Origin: Cyanophora paradoxa CCMP329
Lineage: Eukaryota > Plantae > Glaucophyta
Direction: 5' to 3'
Assembly: GCA_004431415.1 (NCBI GenBank)
Contig: QPMI01000071.1
Coordinates: forward strand, 62,001-126,000
Length of the DNA stretch: 64,000 nt
The notes beneath the pieces are model-generated. The model did no database searches. It was not told where the DNA came from and saw only the letters and a program-made list of their open reading frames with translations. This document shows positions 24,526 through 36,753 of this stretch, piece by piece (position 1 is the first letter of the stretch; each line of letters opens with the position of its first letter). A program made the position numbers and the translations under genes.

Positions 24526-26400
24526 GATAGGGGGGTACGACGACCGAGTGCGCGCCTGGCGAGTAGGGCGGCGGCGGCTATAGGCTTCCTCCTGTGAGGT
24601 GCCCGTGTGCTGCCACGTGAGCCGTTCCCAAAGCCCGCGCCTCGACCGCGCCCCGACCCCTGTAGCCTGAGATCGCAATCGGCGCCATGCCGCCGCACGA
24701 GAAGGACCCCAGCACACGGCTAGCATCAGTCTCCGTACATCGGACGCGCGTCTGCCCGCCCGCGCGGTCGGCCGCCCACCGCCGCGCCTCTCCAGCGTGC
24801 CGAACTCCAGCTTGGCCCGCCCGCCATCCCGAACTCATCCGACACCTTAGCACAAGCACGCGTCGACACTCCGGGCCAGGCGGATCACCGCCTCGCTTCC
24901 CCAGGACCACGCGCTCTCGCGCGCGCGTGGCCAGGCCTCGCCGACACACTCTCATTCTCTCGACTGCGCAGTTGCCCGCTCCCAGAGCTCTGTTAGAGCA
25001 AACGGAGCCACGACACACTCCACCCGGCGGCCCTTACGCTCACCTCGACATCGCCTCCACCGAGCTACGCGCCACCACGTGCACGCCACGCCACGCCACG
25101 CCGCATAACCCCCGCGCCCTCTCCGCTCAATGCGCAGAAGTCGTAGTCTCTCTGCATCGAAGCCGCTGTGAACAACGCTGCTACCCCGCTGCCTTGCCGA
25201 GTCGACCCCGCGCGCGCGGCGCCGGCGCAGACGCGCCCAAACGCCCTGCGGCAGCACCTCGACGCGCTCTCCTCCGCCGCTCGTGTGCCACCGTCCGCTC
25301 ACGGTGCACCCATCCCCCGTGCACCGCCTCTCAGTCGCTGATCATACCATGCGCGCCCCCCGCCCGGACCCCGCGAGGGAGGGCGCGCCCGCCAGCATGG
25401 ACCCCTCGCGATCGGACATCAAGGCGCATGCCCGCGTCTTCTTTACATCCCACCTCCAGGCAGCACGCCCCCTCCCGCCCCCTCTGCGCCCGCCGCCACC
25501 GCCGCCACCGCCGCCCGCGCCGCCGCAGACAAATCGGGCTCCCAAGACGGCCGCCTTGAGTAGCTGGTCACAGGCTTCTTCGCCTGCCGCCTCGGCGAGC
25601 TTGATAACGGCCGCCTCGAGTAGCTGGTCACAGGCTTCTTCGCCTGCCGCCTCGGCGAGCCTGACGACGGCCGCCTTGAGTAGCTGGTCACAGGCTTCTT
25701 CGCCTGCCGCCTCGGCGAGCCTGACGACGGCCGCCTTGAGTAGCTGGTCACAGGCTTCTTCGCCTGCCGCCTCGGCGAGCCTGCCTCCACCAGCTCCCCC
25801 CCCCCCCCCCGCCCACGGGGGCAGGGTACGAGACGCCCACGCGCCCCCCTGCAGCGGCCGCGCGCCCCGCCGCCGCCGCCGCCGCCCCGCGCCCCGCCGC
25901 CGCCGCCACGCACCCCGCCGCCCACGCCCGCCCACGCCGCCCACGCCCACGCACGCCGCTCGCAGGCCGCGAGTGCATCGACCCCGCGGCCCACGGCCCC
26001 GCGGCCGGAGCTGCCGACGACGCCTACGATCCCGAGGCCGCCGGCGAGGACGAAGCCGGCGGCGGCGCGGCCACCGGCGAGTCTCCCCTTCAGTTGCTTC
26101 CTTCCAGGACCAACTCCTCCCCCCCACACATCCACCGCTACCCCCCCCCTCTGCCCCCCCTCAAAAACTGCTAACTCACCACCGCTACCACCTCCCCCCT
26201 CCACGTCCACCCACCCGCATCTGCGACAACCCCCGAGGCCCGCACCCACTTGTAGCTACTTGTAGTCACTCGCTCATAGGCACAACAGCAACCTTAGCAT
26301 GTTCACAGTCCGTCTTTGTGGCCCCCCAGCGGGATCATACGCGGGGCTGGCCTAACTAATATAATGATATGCCCCCCGGGGGCTTTTCCAAAAAAAAAAA
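24526..26400 (+). mobile_element. 5'-truncated non-LTR retrotransposon insertion
   Basis: 15-bp TSD CGATCAGGGGGCTGC (24511-24525 / 26401-26415) and A11 tail (26390-26400). The uninterrupted target site is seen at about 29665 and 30067. Confidence 0.85.
25547..25780 (+). repeat. 60-bp tandem repeat x4 inside the non-LTR insertion
   Basis: acggccgccttgagtagctggtcacaggcttcttcgcctgccgcctcggcgagc repeated at a 60-bp period. Confidence 0.95.
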
Positions 26401-26582
26401 CGATCAGGGGGCTGCACACGAGGCTAAGGTCTGCGACTAGACCGACAGCTACGAGGGTGCTGGCCTCTGGGCGCCTCCGATGCGAACGAAATACAATGAA
26501 GAGAAGCGGCATCCAATAAATGATTTAAAATTTGTTTGGTGTGAAGCAGCGAGGAAAGACAAGAAAGATGATATCGATAAAT

Positions 26583-28466
26583 CTAGAGGGGCGGGCTCGA
26601 GACTGGCCCGCGCCCCGGCGGGGCCTGCAGCTGGCCTGATTGAGAAGCGGAGGCGGCAGACGGTGCGTGAGCTCGAGGAGGAGAAGGTGGCGGTGGCAGC
26701 GAGCCCTGGGTCTCGGGCCACTGAGGGGGAGTCGGCGAGGAATCCGCAGATGGGAGCCGCTCCTTGAAAACGCTGATCTGTAGGCGAGAGAGCGGGTCGG
26801 CGAGCGTGTTCTCGAGGCCCGGGACGTGTACAGCGCGAAACTCGAAATGGTGGAGGGCGGAAAGGCGGTAGAGGGAGCGGAGGAGGGGAGCGAGGGCCGG
26901 CTGCGAAATGCGGCCGCCGGAGAGGGCATGGAAGACAGGTTTACAGTCGGTTTCAAAAATAATTCGCTGCTGCTGCCAGCTGGGGCCCCAGGTCGCCGCT
27001 GCGATAACGAGGGCCATCAGCTCGCGCCAGGGCATGCTGCGAGTCGTGCCCTCTGGCCAAGATCCGAAGGTCCACGAGCTGCCGAAAACTGCGCCGAAGC
27101 CGAGATTGCTGGCGTCGGTCTGGATTCGCAGCACCTTGGCCGATTGCCAGTCAGACGTAGGGATGAGCCGGACTCCGTGCAGCCGCTGGAGGAGGTCCCG
27201 CCACCAGGCGAGGTCAGCATGAAAGCCGGCATGAAGCCGGGCGCGATGGTGATTGGCCCGTAGAGTGGCGAGCTGCGCCACGACCCGCCGAAGGAAAAAG
27301 CGCCCCGCGGGGACGACGGGCACGGCCGAGACGAGGGAGCCGGCGAGGGAGCGGAGCTGGCCGGCTGAGGCATGGCTGCGAGTGGCCCACTCCGCGAGCT
27401 TCGCCTTGAGATCAGCGAGCCGCTCCGGGGAGAGGCGGGCCACCATCGCGAGGCTGTCAAGCTCGATGCCGAGGAAGGTGAGGCGGGTGCCGGGTCCTTC
27501 TAGCTTATGCGGGGCCAGAGGGATACCAAGGTCCGCGCAGACCTCGAGCAGCACGTCGATGTACCGCCGGCACTCGCCGGTGCCGGCCCGCCCGATGAGA
27601 AAAATGTCGTCGACATATCGGGTGGGATCGAGCCCACGGCGGCGGAGGGCAAATTCGAGGGCCTGGCCGAGGTCCTCGAAAATGCGAGGGGAGGAGCGGG
27701 CACCGAAGGGGAGGCAGAGGTCGATGAAAAATTCGAGGATGGTGGGATTGGAGCGGGAGGGGAGGGCGAAGCCGAGGAGCCACCAGTCCTTCCGCCGTAC
27801 CGCCAGCAGGCGAAAAGCAGACTCGATATCCGCCTTAGCCATCTCGGCGCCGCGGCCGAGCTGAATCAGAAGCTCAATCGCTCTGCTGACCTTCGTATTC
27901 TGGTAGTGTAGCTCGTCAGGGTCGATGCCGCTGTTGACTGACGGGCCGCGATGCTTGGGGTACGAAAGGTTGTGAATTCGGCGCCACTTGGTCGAACGCT
28001 TCTTCGGAATGGCGCCGACCGGGGAGGCAACGAAGGGGGCGAGGGGAGGAGACGGGAACGGGCCGGCGACCCGCCCCATGGCGATCTCCTTCTCGACGTC
28101 CTGCCGCACTACGTCGATGTGCTCAAGGGCAGAGGGCTCGGGGCGGGAAATTGCAGAGAAGCAAGGGCCGCGGTACTGTAGCGGGAAGCCGTGGGCGAAC
28201 CCGTGTGCGAGGCGGGCGGCAAGGGAGGGATCGGGGTGGCCCTCCAGGGCTGCGGCGATGCGATCGGCCCGCACGGGCGTGGGGGCGAGGCGGGGTGGGA
28301 CGCCTGGGAGGAGCTCGTCGACATCGAAGTCCGGGACCTCAATGGAGAAGGGCGGCGGCGGCGGCGGCGCCCTGCCCCCGGCAAGGAGGCGCGGCCCGGC
28401 GTCCGGAAGGCCCGACACGCTGCCCGCGAGCTCCGCGCGAGAAACGGCGCTGGCGGCGCCCGCCAC
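26583..28466 (-). CDS. Reverse transcriptase-RNase H (Ngaro/DIRS tyrosine-recombinase retrotransposon type), intronless and open
   Basis: GFPL, GRVAGPF, SPVGAIPKK, WRRIHNLSYP, AKADIESAFR, LPFGARSSP, YVDD, FLGIELDS; RNase H TDAS, ELMA, ETDC, VHVPGLENTLADPLSR. Confidence 0.92.
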   Translation of the reverse strand: MAGAASAVSRAELAGSVSGLPDAGPRLLAGGRAPPPPPPFSIEVPDFDVDELLPGVPPRLAPTPVRADRIAAALEGHPDPSLAARLAHGFAHGFPLQYRGPCFSAISRPEPSALEHIDVVRQDVEKEIAMGRVAGPFPSPPLAPFVASPVGAIPKKRSTKWRRIHNLSYPKHRGPSVNSGIDPDELHYQNTKVSRAIELLIQLGRGAEMAKADIESAFRLLAVRRKDWWLLGFALPSRSNPTILEFFIDLCLPFGARSSPRIFEDLGQALEFALRRRGLDPTRYVDDIFLIGRAGTGECRRYIDVLLEVCADLGIPLAPHKLEGPGTRLTFLGIELDSLAMVARLSPERLADLKAKLAEWATRSHASAGQLRSLAGSLVSAVPVVPAGRFFLRRVVAQLATLRANHHRARLHAGFHADLAWWRDLLQRLHGVRLIPTSDWQSAKVLRIQTDASNLGFGAVFGSSWTFGSWPEGTTRSMPWRELMALVIAAATWGPSWQQQRIIFETDCKPVFHALSGGRISQPALAPLLRSLYRLSALHHFEFRAVHVPGLENTLADPLSRLQISVFKERLPSADSSPTPPQWPETQGSLPPPPSPPRAHAPSAASASQSGQLQAPPGRGPVSSPPL

Positions 28467-29490
28467 GGGGCCCGGGGGCCGGCGGGGCGAGGGCGCGGGG
28501 AGGCGGCAGCGGCACCTCCAGAAGGGCGGGGTCGACCCGCGAGCTCAGCGCGAGAGACGGCGCCGGTGGCGCCTGCCGCGGGCCCGGGGGCCGGCGGGGC
28601 GATGGCGCGGGGAGGCGGCAGCGGCACCTCCAGAAGGGCGGGGTCGACCCGCGAGCTCAGCGCGAGAGACGGCGCCGGCGGCGCCCGCCGCGGGCCCGGG
28701 GGCCGGCAGGGCGGGGCGCGGGGAGGCGGCAGCGGCACCTCCAGAAGGGCGGGGTCGACCCGCAAGCTCAGCGCGAGAAACGGCGCCGGCGGCACCCGCC
28801 GCGGGGCCCGGGGGCCGGCGGGGCGAGGGCGCGGGGAGGCGGCAGCGGCACCTCCAGAAGGGCGGGGTCGACCCGCGAGCTCGGCGCGAGAAACGGCGCC
28901 GGCGGCGCCCGCCGCGGGGCCCGGGGGGCCGGCGGGGCGAGGGCGCGGGGAGGCGGCAGCGGCACCTCCAGAAGGGCGGGGTCGACCCGCGAGCTCAGCG
29001 CGAGAGACGGCGCCGGCGGCGCCCGCCGCGGGGCCCGGGGGCCGGCGGGGCGAGGGCGCGGGGAGGCGGCAGCGGCACCTCCAGAAGGGCGGGGTCGACC
29101 CGCGAGCTCAGCGCGAGAGACGGCGCCGGCGGCGCCTGCCGCGGGGCCCGGGGGCCGGCGGGGCGAGGGCGCGGGGAGGCGGCAGCGGCACCTCCAGAAG
29201 GGTGGGGTCGACCCGCGAGCTCAGCGCGAGAGACGGCGCCGGTGGCGCCCGCCGCGGGGCCCGGGGGCCGGCGGGCGAGGGCGCGGGAGGCGGCAGCGGC
29301 ACCTCCAGAAGGGCGGGTCGACCCGCGAGCTCGGCGCGAGAAACGGCGCCGGCGGCGCCCGCCGCGGGCCCGGGGGCCGGCGGGGCGAGGGCGCGGGGAG
29401 GCGGCAGCGGCACCTCCAGAAGGGCGGGGTCGACCCGCGAGCTCGGCGCGAGAGACGGCGCCGGCGGCGCCCGCCGCGGGGCCCGGGGGG
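28423..29490. repeat. ~113-bp tandem repeat array, 9 copies, directly upstream of the RT ORF
   Basis: CACCTCCAGAAG recurs at about 28513, 28625, 28736, 28849, 28963, 29076, 29189, 29300 and 29411. Confidence 0.95.
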
Positions 29491-30699
29491 TCGGCGGGGC
29501 GAGGCTGGGGAGAGGAGCACGGGGCCGGCGTCTAGGCCGGCGCCCAACGCGAAATTGAGGCGGCTCGAGCGCCGCGCTTGCGTGCGAAAACGTGTCTTTT
29601 TTTTTCCGATATGAATATACTGCCGGCCGTACACTCTAGTTGACTACAATTGGATGCCTGTATACGATCAGGGGGCTGCACACGAGGCTAAGGTCTGCGA
29701 CTAGACCGACAGCTACGAGGGTGCTGGCCTCTGGGCGCCTCAAGGGACAGGGCGGGCGGGAAACGCGAAATTGAGGCGGCTCGAGCGCCGCGCTTGCGTG
29801 CGAAAACGTGTATGGGTACGCTAGTACAAGTTGACTACTTGAATCAAATTCGGGACTTGAAGTTTAGACTGCGAAATCGGGGTTCGCGATCGAACAGCCG
29901 GCTCGCTAACCTCAGTAAATCTACTTTACTACCCATTAGCTCACTCGGCTTATTTCTCGCACGGGGAGGACTCTGAGATCTAAATCAGGATCGTATGCTG
30001 GAGATATCCGATATGAATATACTGCCGGCCGTACACTCTAGTTGACTACAATTGGATGCCTGTATACGATCAGGGGGCTGCACACGAGGCTAAGGTCTGC
30101 GACTAGACCGACAGCTACGAGGGTGCTGGCCTCTAGATCTGGGCGCCTCCGATGCGAACGAAATACAATGAAGAGAAGCGGCATCCAATAAATGATTTAA
30201 AATTTGTTTGGTGTGAAGCAGCGAGGAAAGACAAGAAAGATGATATCGAGGCTGGGGCTGCGGGGGCGAGGCTGGGGAGAGGAGCACGGGGCCGGCGTCT
30301 AGGCCGGCGCCCGGCGCGGCGGCGCGCCGACGGTTTCCGAGGGAAGCGCGCTAGGAAAAGCGAAGAAGGGGCGGACCGGAGGGAGGGAGAAAGAGCCGCC
30401 GCAGGTGGTGGTGGTGGTGGTGGCGGCGGAGGCGGCGGCGGCGGCGGCGGCGGAAATGGGCTGCGGCGGAAATCACAGGCCCCTCTCCGCTCGAGGCAGG
30501 ATCAAGGCCTCCCGACCGCCGGCGCCCGCCCGCCCGTACGATGGGGCAGAGCCTCGAGCGGCTCAGCTCCTGGGTCCGGGGGCCCCGGCTTGGCTCCCGA
30601 AGCGGGGGTAAGATGCAGGAGGAGGGGACCCCCGCCCGCCTGCCGGCGCCTCTGCTCCGAGCCCGGGGGGCGCGAGGCCCCGCGGCCCCCAGCCTGGCC

Positions 30700-31480
30700 G
30701 CCGAGGCGCGGGGGTACCTGATCCGAGGGCCGGGGTCGGGTTCAGCTCCCCGGCCCGCGGCGGCGGCCCACGGGAAGCTCACCATCGTATCCGCCGTCCT
30801 CGGGAGGGGCGGGAGGAAAAACAACGGGGTCCTGGGGCGAAGGTCGGCCGGCGGGGGGCGAGGGGGGTACAGGAGCTTTCGACGCCGGCCCACGGGGTGC
30901 CGCACACCGTTCGAACGGGAATGAAGCGTAGAGTCCGAACATGAAGGCCGGGGGCCTCCGCGGCGAGATGGCAGAGGGGTACAGCGGAAAAACTGGCCGG
31001 GCCGAGCGTCAGGTGGTGCCAGGGGCGGCTTGGGGGCGGCGGGGCTGGCCTGCTGCTCACATATGAGTGTCTGAAGCTAGAACGGAGCCTCTTCGCGCCC
31101 GAGCGGCCGACGGGACGATCCTGCCGAGCGATGAGATCGTCCCGGCAGGGACGATCGAAGCGCACGCCGGGCGGCGCAGAGCGATGGAAGGCGGATTCGC
31201 TTAGAAAATTCACTTCGCACCTCTACAACTGCGCGGAACCCACTCAGAGCTCGGCGCGGCCTCGTGCGGGGGAAGCGCACCGGCGCTGCCCGGCCCGACG
31301 CGTCGAAACGAGGGACCGACCGCAGCGATACGACTCTGCACGAGCGCGCACATCACACGGCAAGTAATGAACCGATCGACCCGCTGAGTTTCACACTCAC
31401 CGCGCCATGAAGCCGGGCTCACAACTTTTGAGTCACAAGCAGATGAGGCGGAGCCGGCCGGCTTTCGTAGCCGGAGACAC
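30700..31480 (-). other. Repeated minus-strand spliced unit (partner of F-box paralog 2); coding status unresolved
   Basis: GT...AG-bounded exon-like blocks 31335-31281, 31120-31061, 30992-30908 and 30831-30783, with homologs upstream of paralogs 3, 4 and 5. Confidence 0.5.
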
Positions 31481-31869
31481 CGTACAGCCTCTGCACGACT
31501 CGGCGCCTCGCCGCTACGCGCGGAACCTATAGCTAGAAGCTGCGGAGCGCCCGTCGAACAAGCATAAAACCGAGCGCGCGAGGGCAGGCCGCGTCGTCAG
31601 CGCCGCTTAAACACAAAGACCGGCCGCGGCGGCGGGCTGCGCAGCTTCAATGCCAGCTTCAAGGCAGCTTGTTTTTCCGGGGTACGATTGCAGACCTGCA
31701 ACATCGCTGCTAGACTCAAAAAGCGCCGACAGCCAGCAAGCGAACAGCCACCGAGGTGCTTTGCGCGAGGTGCGGGAGGCCAGCGCACGGCACGCGCGGC
31801 CGGCCTGCACCTGCGCAACTTAGACGCCCGCTGACGCGAGGGCCGCAGACCTGCGGGGAGCGACGAGCG

Positions 31870-34234
31870 ATGTCGGATATCGCCACGAGCTCATCGACGG
31901 AAGGACGTACGGCGAAGCGTGCCCGCCTGGAATCGCGGCGGTTCAAATCCGAAGCAGCTGCAGCGGTCGACGCGCTGCCGGACGCGGTGATGAGCTCCGT
32001 TTTCAAGACGCTCGGGCTGCGTTCGAGCTGGCCTCTGCGCGGCGTGTGCAGGTTCGCTTCGCTCGGAATTCAAAACTTGAGCTTAGACGTTTGCCGCCGC
32101 CCACGGTCGCGCTCCGTACCTTACGATACGGCGGATCGCAGGCGGTGGCAGCGAGTGGTGGAGGAGACGGAGTGGGCGAGCATCGATGTCGATGTGGACC
32201 TCCAAACGGAAACGGCGTCCTACTTGAGCAGCGCCATCGCCGCGCTGCCGGGGAGGAAGCTGCGGCTCAGCGACGGCGCCAGCGTCAGCCTCCTCTCGAA
32301 CCTCGACAATGTCTGGTTCTTCGAGGAAGCGCACCAGAACAATCAGCGCAGAATCGCGGCGGCGTTGCATCTCCTCCTCGCCATCCAACGCAGCCACAGC
32401 GGCCGGGCGCAGCCTCGAAGCGTGAGCATCGCGTTCGACTCCGGAGGCGAAGCATTCATCGATAAATACCCATCCGACAACGGCGATGTCGTCGCTTCGT
32501 TCAGCTCCTACCTGCTCGGCGTCTTGCGGGCGCTGGCGCCGCAGGACGGCTCCGCTAGCCGACTGGAGAGCCTCAGCGTCAGCTTCGCCTGGAGACGCAC
32601 GCCCTGCGGCGACGAGAATGTGCAAGGGTCGACTCTCGACGAAATGTTCGAAGATCTGCCGGCCGGCGAGGCGCCGTGGCCGGCGGGCGCCGACCTGCAG
32701 GCTGCCCTCGCGCCCTTCCGCGGCCTGCGCTCCCTCGCCCTCGTGTTCGACGACGCCCTCATGGGCGTCAGCCGCGAGGCCGCGACGGTCATCGCCGCCA
32801 CCTGCCCCCTCCTCCGCTCCGTCTCGGTCAGCCTCCGCCCCTTCGAGGAGTCGAGTGATCAAGTGCTGGCGGCGCTCGCCCGCCTCGTGCACCTCGAGGA
32901 GCTGGTCGTCGAGTGGGCGGGGGACGACGTCTGCCCCCGCTCGTTCGAGCCGGCCGCCGGCCTGGCGGCGCTCGCGGACGGCCCGGCCGGCCGGAGCCTG
33001 CGCCGCATCGCCGCCCGGAGCGTCCGGACCGTCGCTGCCGCCAGCAAGGCCGGGCCGCTGGCGTGCGTGCCCCTTCTCCGCTGGTTCTAAGTTGGCTTGG
33101 CTCCGCTCGTTTCAAGTTGGCTGACGTCCTTCCTTTCCGCCTGTAGACCCGTCGTGTTCCCGACTCGGTACGAGGACTGCGAGTCCGAGCCGTTGCCGCT
33201 CAGCGACGGCGTTCTGCGCGCGCTCGGCCGCATGCCGCGCCTGGAGTACGTCGAAGGCTTGAAGGTCCGTTGCAGAGCCTGTGGCGTTGCTTTGCCCTCG
33301 TTAACCCCACCGCAGATCAGCGCCGATGACGGGGGCACCGCCGCGCGCGCCCTCGGCCGCCTCACGAACCTGCGGGAGGCACGCCTCGACTTCAACGCGA
33401 ACTACAGCGACAATATCGTGGCCCCGCTGCGCGCCCTGGCCGAGGCGGTCGCACTCCTTCCCCACCTGGAGGCGCTCGGAATGACCTTGCACGGTCAGCA
33501 GAGCGCCGCGCCCGCCCCTGCGGAGCGCGCTCGTCCGCTCATGACCAGGCCTACAGGCTCTTGGGAAGAAGGCAAAGACGAAGCCTTCGTCGAGTTCCTC
33601 GGCAGCGCCGGCGTTCAACGCGCCCTCACCGGGTTGTACGTCACGTTTCACGTGCGCGATGCGGCAACCGTGCGCGGGTTCGCGGCGGCCCTTTCCCGCC
33701 TGCCCCGCCTCGCCCGGCTCAGCCTCTTTCTTTCCGGTGCGCCAAAGCTCCAAGCGGCCTCCAAGCCACTCCCGCCACGCGCTGAAGCGCAGAGCGCAGA
33801 TTCGAAGCCCAGCTCTCGCGGCGCGTCCGCGCTGGGGGCCGAGCACTTCGCCGCTCTGCTCGCGAGCGACGGCGCGCGGCGCGCCCTCACGACGCTGCAA
33901 CTCTCCGTCGAGCGGCCGCTGGCGGAGGCGGAGGCGAAGGCGATCCTCGCGCTGCCCGCCCTCGAGCGCCTCGAGCTCAGCGCACATTACAAGACCGACG
34001 TTCCCCTCCGCCCCTTCGAGGTGCCTGCCGGCCTCTGTCCCGGCCCCGGACACTTCCCAGCCACCCGCCCGTCCCGGCCGACCGCGCGCCCGCCAGATGC
34101 TGCGCGGCCTCCGCCCCGAGGTCGAGCTCCGTGCATCCCTGCACCTCCCGGCGGGGTACGAGGCCGCGAAGGAGGCCGTACAGCATCTCTTCGCGGGCCG
34201 CCCGTCGACGTGGCTGAGCTACTACGGGCTCTGA
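31870..34234 (+). CDS. F-box/LRR protein, paralog 2 (extra internal LRR block)
   Basis: ALPDAVMSSVFKTLGLRSSWPLRGVCR, LRRs, same intron positions as paralog 1; terminal exon ...LFAGRPSTWLSYYGL*. Confidence 0.8.
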
Positions 34235-34739
34235 CGGCCCCTTCCCCTCCCCGCCCCGCCTTCCCCTTCGACGACGGGCCGGCGCCCCACCCCGCCCCGC
34301 CCGGCCCCGCCCCGCTCCGTCTCCGACGCCCGGCCCCGCCCTGTCACCACCTTCAGTCCCGCGCTCGCTGTACCCCCGCCTTGACGGCGGCGGTGCGGCG
34401 GTCTAGATATGCCCCCCCCCCCCCCCCCCCCCCCCCCCCGTTTTGTCATTTTGATTATAACGGTGCTCATGATTTAGACTAATTGTTCTAAGCAATGAGG
34501 CTGGGGGCTGGGGGCTGGGGCTGGGGCTGGGGCGGGCGGCCGGGGCGCCGTAAAGCTGCAGGGGCCAACTGCCGGTGCCAGTACTAGTCCCGAGCGGCTG
34601 CCCCAGGCGGCTGCCCCAGCCAGCGCCCGCCCGCCCGCCCGCCCGCTGGCCTGCCCGCCGGCCGGCCGGCCGGCGAGGCGGGAGGTCCCAGCCCCCCCCC
34701 CCCCCCCCCCCCCGCGGACCCGGGAGGCGCCTGAGATAT

Positions 34740-35040
34740 CTGATTCAGGGCAAGGGTCAGGACCAGCGCCCCAGGCTGGCGGCGGCGGCTCGCGTAGTAC
34801 GCACCATCGGATATCGATCCGCCGCCCTCGAAAGGGGCGGGAGGAAAAACAACGGGGTCCTGGGGCGAAGGTCGGCTGGCGGGGGGCGAGGGGGGTACAG
34901 GAGCGTTTGACGCCGGACCACGGGGTGCCGCACACCGTTCGAACGGGAGCGACGCGGAGAGTATGAATGTGAAGACCGCGGGCCTCCGCGGCGCAATGGC
35001 GGAGGGGTACAGCGGAAAAACTGGCGGAGCCGAGCGTCAA
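34740..35040 (-). repeat. Partial copy of the minus-strand partner unit
   Basis: High similarity to 30718-31010 (GGAGGAAAAACAACGGGGTCCTGGGGCG ... GGGGTACAGCGGAAAAACTGG). Confidence 0.8.
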
Positions 35041-35934
35041 GGGGCGGCCTCGTGAGGGGTACGGGGCGATTCAGAGGGGTACGGTAAGGAAGCACCACGG
35101 GGGTTACGTAAACGCAAATTGTGTCGTTAAATCGCCCTTCGATGTTGTACCCCGGTCGAGGGCGCGCTGACGCCGCGAGCAGCGCTAGGGGATGTGGGGG
35201 GCCATCGGCGGGTCCTCGTCAAGAGCTGCGTAGCCCCTCAGCGACCCGACCGGTCCCGACGGCGGCTTGAGTAGGGGCAGGGGGGCTGAATCACACGTGG
35301 GTTCGCAGAGCGGGAGGACGGTGTCACGATGCGTACGGCCTTCCATTTCCCGTCGAGTCATTGACCTGGGCGGCACTGCGGCATGAGCGGGGTGGGGGCC
35401 GGCGCCAAGCATGGTGCGCGGTGCGCACGACCTGGAGATTGAACTCCGCCGGTCCCGACTCCCGTCACGCGTGCGCCGAGCACGGCTCGGCGGCGGCGCG
35501 CGGCGCCGAAGCGGAGCGCGACTAGTTCTGGGGAACCCTATCGCGCGGCAGCGCGCGTGCACGAGCACTAGTTCTGGCCCGCGCTGCGATTGGCAATGAG
35601 GTTGTTCTGCGCGGGGGTGAGCGGCGCGGGCGGGCGGCGGAAAGAGCGCGGGCGGGCTGCGGAAAGAGGGCGCTGTCCTTGCAGCTCTCTAGCGCTGACT
35701 GCATCGACAGCGCTGACGCTGCGCTGACAGCAGCGCTACAGCTGCTGCAGCTGCTGCGCTGTCTAACTAGGGGTACGGCTAGCTACCGCGCTTGGTCCGA
35801 GGCTCGACGGAAGTTCACGGAACTAAGATACCTGCGCCCCTCAGCCAGCCACGCCCTCGTCTCGAGCTCCCTCGCCAGCCACGCAGCCACTCGTACGCGC
35901 CCTCGCCTCGAGCTCCGGCCGACCTGTCATTTGA

Positions 35935-36753
35935 TGTTCGCGCAGTTCGCGAGCACGCTCGAGCTCTCAGCGCGAGCACGCTACCGATACTTGTGCGTGT
36001 ACTATAGATCTATAGAAACATGTGCTTTTTGCGCGCCGCTAATCATGACCGCATCGGCGCGGCGCATGCGCATGCATATGCAGCGAGCAAGCGATGCAAA
36101 CGCGGGTGCATGCGCACGTGGACGAGTTCCCCATATCGCGCGCCGGTGTCTGACGGCGCTTTTGACGTCGGCGGCTCAGGAAATCGCAGTGGAGCCGCCC
36201 GCGGGTAACGCTGCAGCTGCAGCGGCAGCCGCGGGCGGCGCCCCGGCGCCGACGCCAACACTGCCGGCTGCAGCTACGGAGCCGCCCCGCGTACGCGGCG
36301 CGCGGCGCGTTCCGACGGTTCTAGCTCACGCTGATGATTTAAATTTCGTGACAGCTGTGGTGGCTTCGTGCGGCCGGCATCGCTTTCCTTGCATTTGAGG
36401 TGGCCGCGCTGTTCAAATTCGCCGGATTCTTCAACCAAGAGCCTCACCATCCCGCCCTTGCCATGTTGGCGATCGTCGCATATATGAGTTGCGTCCTTCT
36501 GGAGCGCCGTAGTCTGGTATTTGATTGCAGCATACACTCTGTAGTGGACCTTTCCACACTCGCAGCGCTCGCAGCCCTGCTCGGCTTCACGTATTCTCGC
36601 TCGGAAACAATCAAAGAGCAAGGCGCCGTGTTCGCCATCACTCTCGCAACCTTCGTGTGGCTCCTTAGATCTCTGGTCCACTGGCTCTTTGATTTGATCG
36701 ATATCGATCGCAGCGATATCTCGATTCAGCGCCCCTATGGCTCGATCGAGTAG
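35935..36753 (+). CDS. Small multi-pass membrane protein of unknown family; start uncertain
   Basis: Exons ...EIAVEPPAG...EPPR|LWWLRAAGIAFLAFEVAALFKFAG...LAMLAIVAYMSCVLL...LAALAALLGF...AVFAITLATFVWLLRSLVHWLF: about four hydrophobic segments. Confidence 0.45.

Larger units (their letters stand above)
24332..30312 (-). mobile_element. Ngaro/DIRS-like retroelement derivative with rearranged direct repeats
   Basis: RT-RNaseH ORF flanked by repeated blocks at 24341-24525 + 26416-26578, 29496-29741, 29762-29811 and 30008-30312. A ~58-bp direct repeat bounds the whole unit. Confidence 0.7.

Noticed and set aside
26583-28466. Retron, DGR or group II intron reverse transcriptase
   Set aside because: The motifs and fused RNase H match DIRS/Ngaro retrotransposons; no TR/VR pair or msr-msd is evident.
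27988-29614. 450-515 aa plus-strand ORFs
   Set aside because: They are antisense to the RT ORF and run through the 113-bp GC-rich satellite.
35055-35158. Possible small inverted-repeat element
   Set aside because: Only a short interrupted inverted match and no clear TSD.
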